Part shown: one piece after another, positions 1-6,589 of the stretch
How the letters are laid out: each line of letters opens with the position of its first letter
How positions within the stretch are numbered: the stretch's first letter is position 1
DNA from: Octopus sinensis
Taxonomy: Eukaryota
Assembly (NCBI RefSeq): GCF_006345805.1
Contig: NW_021829333.1
Span: forward strand, 1 to 6,589
Direction of reading: 5' to 3'
DNA length: 6,589 nucleotides
The notes under the pieces: model-generated
What the model was told of the DNA's origin: nothing
Databases searched by the model: none
The model's input: the letters and a program-made list of their open reading frames with translations, nothing else
Made by a program: the position numbers and the translations under genes

Positions 1-163
1 GGGAGGGAGAGCCCCTTGAATATTTTCGGGGCCTTCTTTGCCTCCTCAGGCACCGGATCGATGTGCCGACTGAACCTTCCCCTTCTTATAGGCTTTCTTT
101 CAAACACATCGACGGACCATGTAAAGCCTTATTCGTACTTGACTATTTCCTACGGATGTGAGT
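1..163. repeat. Left arm of long inverted repeat (partner 1108-1271); probably continues beyond the window start
   Basis: Hand alignment to the reverse complement of 1108-1271 gives 6 substitutions and one 1-nt indel over 164 columns. Confidence 0.97.
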
Positions 164-1107
164 GGCGTCTCTAGGTTATTTACTCTCACAACAATTCTAA
201 ATTTTCTACGTCAATAAAAGAACAGTCCAGAACATTTTACTAAGCGAAACTTCCACAATTACTTCTTTGTGAAGGTTGTGGTTCGCTGATGAGGTCAGAA
301 TAACAACGTAACATGCATGAAGTTGTTTCCCTGCACGCTGAAAGAGACGGAAACTGACATAAGACATCGGCTAATGTTTCTTTTCTTTTTTACCTCGCCA
401 TGTAATTATTTCTAGGTTAATGAATTAATTAACAAGCTAACGCTAACCTAACTATTATGGTGGATTAATAAGTCGAAGATGGATTCAAGAACGTTTTTGT
501 TTTTAACTTTCCTCTCCAAAAAGCATTATTTGCGACATTTTAATTAGAATTGTACAAATTAGAGGCCATATTATTGAATAAAATCTTGCTGACAGCTTCA
601 TTAAAACGGTTTAACTAATTAGAAAATATTTAATAATCAATATAACAGAATCATTGATTATTAAAATATGATTATGAATAAAACATAAATTGCATTTTAT
701 TTTAAAGCTGTTGATTGCAGCGAAACATATTTTTGTTTTTGTTTTGCAAATTGGCTTCAAAAAAAGGAAAACAGGGAAAGAAATCATGGCTGTTTTTAAA
801 GTTTTGGCAGGTGTTTTGTGTGTGTGTTGATTTCCAAACGAGTACTCAACACACGTAGTAGAGCTTATCCGTTTGATGGAACAGGACTGAAGAAACGAAA
901 GGAGAAAACTCGGAGTAGCAGCGGATTGAATGACGCAGAGGATAATAGAGATGACGACGACGAAGAATGTGGCGGCGGTAATTGGCTAAAATTGACAAAG
1001 GCTGGCGGTAGAACACAGAAGAAGTGAGAGTTATGGAGAAGTAAAGGGATAGACTTCACCTTCAGTAGATGAGGAACAGATGATATGAGAAGGGGAGAAT
1101 CGATTAG

Positions 1108-1271
1108 ACTCGCATCCGTAGGAAATAGTCAAGTACGAATAAGGCTTTACATGGTCCGTCGATGTGTTAGAAAGAAAGCCTATAAGAAGGGGAAGGTTCA
1201 GTCGGCTCATCGATCCGGTGCCTGAGAAGGCAAAGAAGACCCCTGAAAATATTCAAGAGGCTCTCCCTCCC
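1108..1271. repeat. Right arm of long inverted repeat (partner 1-163)
   Basis: ACTCGCATCCGTAGG...GGCTCTCCCTCCC is the reverse complement of window 1-163; the spacer (164-1107) is 944 bp. Confidence 0.97.
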
Positions 1272-1330
1272 TCATTGAATAAGGAAGTGAATATAGGGGT
1301 AGGAAGCCACATCGAATTGCGCTAAATTGA

Positions 1331-1743
1331 ACTCTTTACTCTTTACTCTTTTACTTGTTTCAGTCATTTGACTGCGGCCATGCTGGAGCACCGCCTTTAA
1401 TCGAGCAACTCGACCCCGGGACTTATTCTTTTTGTAAGCCCAGTACTTATTCTATCGGTCTCTTTTGCCGAACCGCTAAGTAACGGGGACATAAACACAC
1501 CAGCATCGGTTGTCAAGCAATGCTGGGGGGGGGGCAAACACAGACACACAAACACACACATGCATATACATATATACATATATACGACGGGCTTCTTTCA
1601 GTTTCCGTGTACCAAATCCACTCACAAGGCTTTGGTCAGCCCGAGGCTATAGTAGAAGACACTTGCTCAAGGTGCCACGCAGTGGGACTGAACCCGGAAC
1701 CATATGGTTGGTAAACAAGCTACTTACCACACCGCCACTCCTG
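1331..1743 (-). mobile_element. Near full-length tRNA-derived SINE (~410 bp), resembling the octopus OK/OR-type SINE families
   Basis: Minus strand has a tRNA-like head with A and B boxes, then GGCACCTTGAGCAAGTGTCTT, a central (TA)/(TG) tract, a 3' hairpin (CAGTCA-TT-TGACTG, 1361-1374) and a short tandem tail (AGTAAAG)n at 1331-1355. Two diverged homologues occur in this window. Family name is from recall. Confidence 0.9.
1684..1737 (-). promoter_or_regulatory. Internal RNA polymerase III promoter of the SINE (A box and B box)
   Basis: Minus strand A box TGGCGGTGTGG (1737-1727) and B box-like GGTTCAGTCCC (1694-1684), with tRNA-like spacing of 32 nt. Confidence 0.7.
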
Positions 1744-1914
1744 AACGTAGACTTTTTAAAAACTTTTCATTTGATTTTTCCAAAATTTAATTTTTTTTCC
1801 TTACTCAGAGTTGAAAAAGTCTCAATGACTGAAACCGGTACGAAAATGTTTTTTATGATAAAATTATTTTGGTATTTTATACCTTGACTTTTTCCCTTCT
1901 ACACACACACATTA

Positions 1915-2150
1915 CAGGATGTTCAAAAAGTCTCTCCACAGTGAATTTTTTTCATCCTGCGCATCACCATCGAGCTACTTCAAGAGTTTTTTTCGGTGAA
2001 CGGATTATTTCGAAGGGACTTTGGCCACCAAGATCACCTGATTTAACACCACCAGACTTTTTTTTTCTGGGGAGCAAGTAAAGGATCGGTGTACAAGAAT
2101 CGCTCGAAAACCATTAAATACTTACTGCGGAGAGATTTTTGAACACCCTA
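1915..2150 (+). mobile_element. Non-autonomous, internally deleted Tc1/mariner element (MITE-sized, 236 bp)
   Basis: TIRs CAGGATGTTCAAAAAGTCTCTCCACAGT (1915-1942) and ACTGCGGAGAGATTTTTGAACACCCTA (2124-2150) match at 24/28. TA lies immediately 5' (1913-1914). A transposase motif lies inside. Confidence 0.88.
1967..2124 (+). pseudogene. Tc1/mariner transposase C-terminal catalytic-region fragment, frameshifted
   Basis: Across two poly-T frameshifts it reads TIELLQEFF/GERIISKGLWPPRSPDLTPPDFF/FWGASKGSVYKNRSKTIKYL. WPPRSPDLTPxDFFxWG is the hallmark motif around the third catalytic Asp of DDxD-type Tc1/mariner transposases (WPPRSPDL at 2022-2045). Confidence 0.85.
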
Positions 2151-2229
2151 CACACACACACACCCTACACACACACACACACCCTACACACACACACACC
2201 CTACACACACACACACCCTACACACACAC
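2146..2229. repeat. Minisatellite of CCCTA(CA)n units, 5 copies of 17-19 bp
   Basis: CCTA recurs at 2147, 2164, 2183, 2200 and 2217, separated by CA runs. Confidence 0.95.
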
Positions 2230-2407
2230 TCACATGAAACTGGCTGCTGGCTTCTGCACAGTTTTTACCTATTACATTCATTGACAAAGCTTTGGTTGAC
2301 TCAGGACTGTAATGAAAATGCTTGTACAAACCCCGTCCCCACGGAACCGAGTCTGAAAGCAGGTGATTGCGAACCAAACTCCCTAAAAGCATTACCACGC
2401 CTGCGCC
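2230..2407 (-). mobile_element. Old, diverged 5' half (tRNA head) of the same SINE family
   Basis: GGCTTCTGCACAGTTT...ACAAAGCTTTGGTT...CCACGCCTGCGCC aligns collinearly with GGCTTCTTTCAGTTT...ACAAGGCTTTGGTC...CCACTCCTG of the 1331-1743 SINE. Confidence 0.7.
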
Positions 2408-2513
2408 TACATAAAGAATTCTCTGTGTTAACATTAAACATCGATGACCGCAACAAAGCTATGGAAATGTAGTCCCGATATTACGGGTAAAAATACCCCT
2501 ATTAGATGACAAT

Positions 2514-2520
<7 letters not shown>

Positions 2521-2574
<54 letters not shown>
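2521..2574. repeat. (AG)n microsatellite, ~27 units
   Basis: Perfect AG run. Confidence 0.99.
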
Positions 2575-2578
<4 letters not shown>

Positions 2579-2764
2579 AAATAGAGATTATACGTCCATA
2601 AGGGTGGATTGTCAGTGATAGCTACAAGAGATAATGCAGCCTTCAGACTTCCAAGATGGAAACATTTCTGTCGAAATCCTAATTAACAGCTGCCCAAATA
2701 TGTCATCAGAGTATTAACTGAATACATTCTATGATGTTTTTGTTAAAAAAAGTATATATATATA

Positions 2765-3449
2765 CTAGCAGAGATACCCGGCGTTGCCCGGTTACATTCC
2801 AATGAAGAATTAGACTTTTCTGTTATATTTTCTGAATGAACTGGAATATCTGTTTCGAATTTCATCAAAATTGCAAATGAGGATTATTTCCCTCTTTACA
2901 CACCCTAAAAAAATTGTAATCGTGCCACCAAAAGACGAATGATCACAATAAGCAGTCAGTTACCCTACCCTAGTCGTTACCACTCCCAATGTAGGATCCT
3001 CACCATCCAGGTGACAGGCACAGCCGTAAGATGCATTACGAATCTATAGCAATTGGAAGGGTGTGACCCAACTGAAATCAACATTAACAACTGTGTGACG
3101 TGAGGGCTTAGGAGAAATGAAAGTGTCACCTCTGGAGTTTGCAAATGACCACTATACTGATACGTAACTGAACAGAATGAATTTAAAATCTATAAATGTC
3201 TTTCAATAATCAGTCACTCATCTGGGAAGGCATTGTAATCAATGTTACCATCTGGGGACTATGTGTGACCGAGTGATAATAAAAAGACTGAAAGGAGGTC
3301 TGCAATCAAATAACTTTACCCAACACTTTGCAACTGAATCAGTAGAAGCAAAGATGCCTCTCATTTACTTAACAATTTATGCACCACATTGCAGAAATCA
3401 CAATCTAAGTGTATGTCAAAGCAAACTGTTACACTGTTGTACCATTGAA
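2765..3449 (-). mobile_element. Helitron-like element 3' terminus with interior of uncertain extent
   Basis: Minus strand reads CCGGGCAACGCCGGG (GC-rich hairpin, 2791-2777), TATCTCTG, CTAG (2768-2765), then host T in a (TA)n run. This is the canonical Helitron hairpin + CTRR|T end. Only the 2765 boundary is well supported. Confidence 0.65.
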
Positions 3450-4293
<844 letters not shown>

Positions 4294-4344
4294 AAGATAA
4301 ATTGATAGATACAACTGAGTGGGCAAACAAAAATATGAGACACA

Positions 4345-4551
4345 GCCTAGTGCTTTTTTATGTTGATAACCCTAGTACTTATTCTATTAGTTTGTTCTTG
4401 TGAAACCAGTAAGTTTTGTGGATGTAAATAAATGAACAGCAGCTGTGAAGCAGTGATGAGGGCGAGACACAGAGACAAAGACACACACATACACTTACAT
4501 ATATACATATATATACGATTGATTTTTTTCAGTTCCTGTCTACGAAATCCA
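4345..4551 (-). mobile_element. Diverged central/3' fragment of the same SINE family, lacking its tRNA head
   Basis: CCTAGTACTTATTCTATT...ACACACATACAC...ATATACATATATATACGA...TTTCAGTTCCTGTCTACGAAATCCA matches ~1420-1620 of the intact SINE. Homology stops at AAATCCA next to the LINE tail. Confidence 0.8.
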
Positions 4552-4557
4552 TATATA

Positions 4558-6412
4558 TTGTTGTTGACATCCTTTTTGTCTCGGGAGACAATGGAGTTGC
4601 GCATAAAATAATCTAGTCCGGCATGTTCTAATACATCTGCTGTGGCTGTGTAGTCCTATCCTGGACAAACACTCCCTCTGGCAGGTGCCGCAAATGTAGC
4701 GAAGACTTTGCCTGGCTGGTTGTAATGTCATACTTTCTTGTTGACGTCTTTTCTTGTCTTTCCTTTCCTCCTCTCCCTCTATGTCACTCCTTTGTGTTCC
4801 CTCTTTTACGGTATGTCGCCAATCTCCACGGTTGCTGGCAACTGCTTCCCAGTTGGTAATATTGATGTTGCAGGTATTCATGTCCCTTTTGCAAACATCC
4901 TTGTATCGTAAGAACGGTCTTCCCACAGACCTAGTGCCCCTAGCAAGCTCTCCGTTGAGTATGGCCTTGGGGATTCTGCCATCTTCCATACAGCTAACAT
5001 GTCGAAGCCATCTCATACGTCTTTGTGTGAGGAGTGTAACATGCTTGGTATTCCTGCTTGCTTGAGGACATCTTTGTCGGGGACATGATTCTGCCATTTG
5101 ATGCGAAGAAATTTCCGGAGGCAGCGCAGGTGAAAGATATTTAGGCGACGTATGGCGTCGTATGGTGTGTGTATGGCGTCCAAGTCTCACTTCCATACAG
5201 TAGAGTGCTAAGTACACATGCCTGGTAAATCTTCATTTTGTGGTGTTGGTCAGCTTATTGTTGTCCCATGTCCGTTTGGAGAGTTGGGCCATCACAGCAG
5301 CTGCCTTGCCAATGCGTATATTGAGCTCTGTATCAAGGGATAGGTTGTAGGTGACGGTAGATCTAAGATAGGTAAAATTCTCCACCTCCTGTAGTCTGTG
5401 GTCTCCAATATGTATGTTTGGGATGGTCGATGTAGCCTGACCCATGATGTTGGTCTTCTTGAGACTGATAAATATGCCAAAGTTGCCACATGCTTGCTCA
5501 AAACAGTTGATGAGCCTTTGTAGGGCTTCTTCTGTGTGTGATACCAGAGCGGCATCATCAGCAAATAGCGTCACCTTGATCAGGACGCTTCTGATTTTGG
5601 TCTTGGCATGCAGACGCGAGAGATTGAACAGTTTCTCATCACTTCTACTGTGCAGAAACACTCCATCATCTGATGTCTGAAAGGCATGTGACAGCAGCAG
5701 CGAGAAGAAGATGCCAAATAATGTAGGAGCAAGGACACAACATTGCTTTACCCCATTTTTTATTTGGAAGGCGGCTGATTTTGAACCATTGTGCTGTATG
5801 GTGCCTTGCATATCATCATGGAAAGATGTGATGATCCTCAGCAGCTTTGGTAGATATCCGATTTTTTGGAGCAGGATGAAGAGGCCTTCTCTACTTACCA
5901 AGTCAAAGGCCTTTGTCAGATCAATGAAGGCCATATATAATGGCATTTTCTGCTCTCTGGACTTCTGAAGTTGGCGTATGGAGAATCATTGTCAATAGTT
6001 GATCTGCTTCTTCTAAAGCCACACTGCGATTCTGGATAAATTAGAGAAGCAAGCAGTTGCAGCCTGGACAGGATAATGCGAGCAGAGGCCTTTCCAACGG
6101 TGCTTGGAAGAGATATTCCACGGTAATTGTTACAATCACCACGGTCACCTTTGTTTTTGTAAAGCGTAATGATGTTAGCATCCCGCATATCCTGAGGGAC
6201 TGTACCCTCTTCCCAGCACTGACACAGAAGCACTGACACAGAAGCTCATGAATGTGCCGGTTTTGAGGATCTCTAAGAGGATGCCGTCTTTTCCCGGAGC
6301 CTTGTTACTTGCTAGGGAGTCTATAGCCTTGGTGAGCTCTGCTATAGATGGCAGACTGTCAAGTTCACACATGACTGGCAAGATCTTGACACCCTCGATT
6401 GCAGCTTCAGCG
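4558..6412 (-). mobile_element. RTE-clade non-LTR retrotransposon (LINE), 5'-truncated and degenerate
   Basis: RT ORF motifs across several frames, a short 3' UTR with stem-loop TGTCTC-CC-GAGACA (4577-4590), and a (CAA)3 tail at 4558-4566. No APE endonuclease domain is visible. The 5' boundary is approximate. Confidence 0.95.
4630..6412 (-). pseudogene. Frameshifted RTE reverse transcriptase ORF with C-terminal zinc-finger-like motif
   Basis: Successive frames give KAPGKDGI, NKGDRGDCNNYRGISL, PESQCGFR, FIDLTKAFD, GVKQCCVLAPTLF, LFADD (FADD at 5565-5554), FTYLRS, KIYQACVLSTLLYGSETW, RWLRHVSCMEDGRIPK, GRPFLRYKD and CGTCQRECLSRIGLHSH. There are at least four frameshifts, and conserved Gly residues are mutated (QG to QC, YLG to YLR). 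Confidence 0.93.
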
Positions 6413-6462
6413 TCGACTGTGGGCCGGTAGCAGTGTACAGCCGACCCAATGGCGCCCAGAGC

Positions 6463-6589
6463 GAGCCCATGACACTCCAAGGACCCTAAGTAAGGCATGT
6501 GTAAAATTTGAATGAAATTGGTTGTGTAGTTCCCAAGTTTTAGTGATTCATACAGACAGACACAATTCTCAGTTTATATATATATATAA
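6463..6589 (-). mobile_element. Helitron-like 5'-terminal fragment
   Basis: Minus strand reads TATATATATAAACTGAGAATTGTGTCTGTCTGT...AACTACACAACCAATTTCATTCAAATTTT. The (TA)n-AAA start, (TCTG)n tract and CCRATTT..AAATTT motif are typical of invertebrate non-autonomous Helitron 5' ends. The terminal TC is not visible because the window ends. Confidence 0.55.

Noticed and set aside
436-453. GCTAACGCTAACCTAACT telomere-like motif
   Set aside because: Only about three degenerate units, which is not distinguishable from chance.
1290-1331. Minus-strand peptide FNLAQFDVASYP resembling a Penelope RT motif
   Set aside because: It is very short, followed by a stop, and no other RT motifs follow in any frame I read.
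1670-1743. Possible tRNA gene
   Set aside because: A and B boxes are present, but this is the SINE head. I cannot draw a full cloverleaf, and it continues directly into SINE body sequence.
1397-1887. ORFs 1397-1579, 1510-1887 and 1520-1714
   Set aside because: They lie in or run out of the SINE and are spurious SINE-derived frames.
2146-2229. CRISPR-like or telomeric array
   Set aside because: There are no unique spacers, the context is eukaryotic, and the unit is CCCTA(CA)n rather than (CCCTAA)n.
2201-2472. ORFs 2201-2434 and 2281-2472, and likewise 4347-4604
   Set aside because: They overlap decayed SINE copies and microsatellite and show no protein motif.
4754-6430. Plus-strand ORFs 4754-5065, 5444-5680, 5711-5968, 6248-6430 and minus-strand 5292-5564
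   Set aside because: These are antisense or alternate-frame shadows of the RTE ORF.

Overview
This is repeat-dense, AT-rich eukaryotic DNA with no supportable intact host gene. The SINE family and the (TA)n/(GATA)n/(AC)n load resemble octopus (coleoid cephalopod) genomes; this is recognition from memory, not a search. Left to right: (1) a ~96% identical inverted repeat (1-163 / 1108-1271) whose left arm runs off the window edge, with a hammerhead-ribozyme-like motif in the spacer and a possible decayed SGNH-esterase (LINE ORF1-like) reading frame through the right arm; (2) a full-length tRNA-derived SINE (1331-1743, minus) and two decayed relatives; (3) a 236-bp internally deleted Tc1/mariner element that keeps both TIRs and the WPPRSPDL motif; (4) Helitron-like termini at 2765, 3450-3874 and ~6463-6589; (5) a 485-bp compound microsatellite; (6) a 5'-truncated, frameshifted RTE-clade LINE (4558-~6412, minus). 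I found no convincing new biological system. The best leads are the inverted repeat/hammerhead-like region and the nested Helitron ends.
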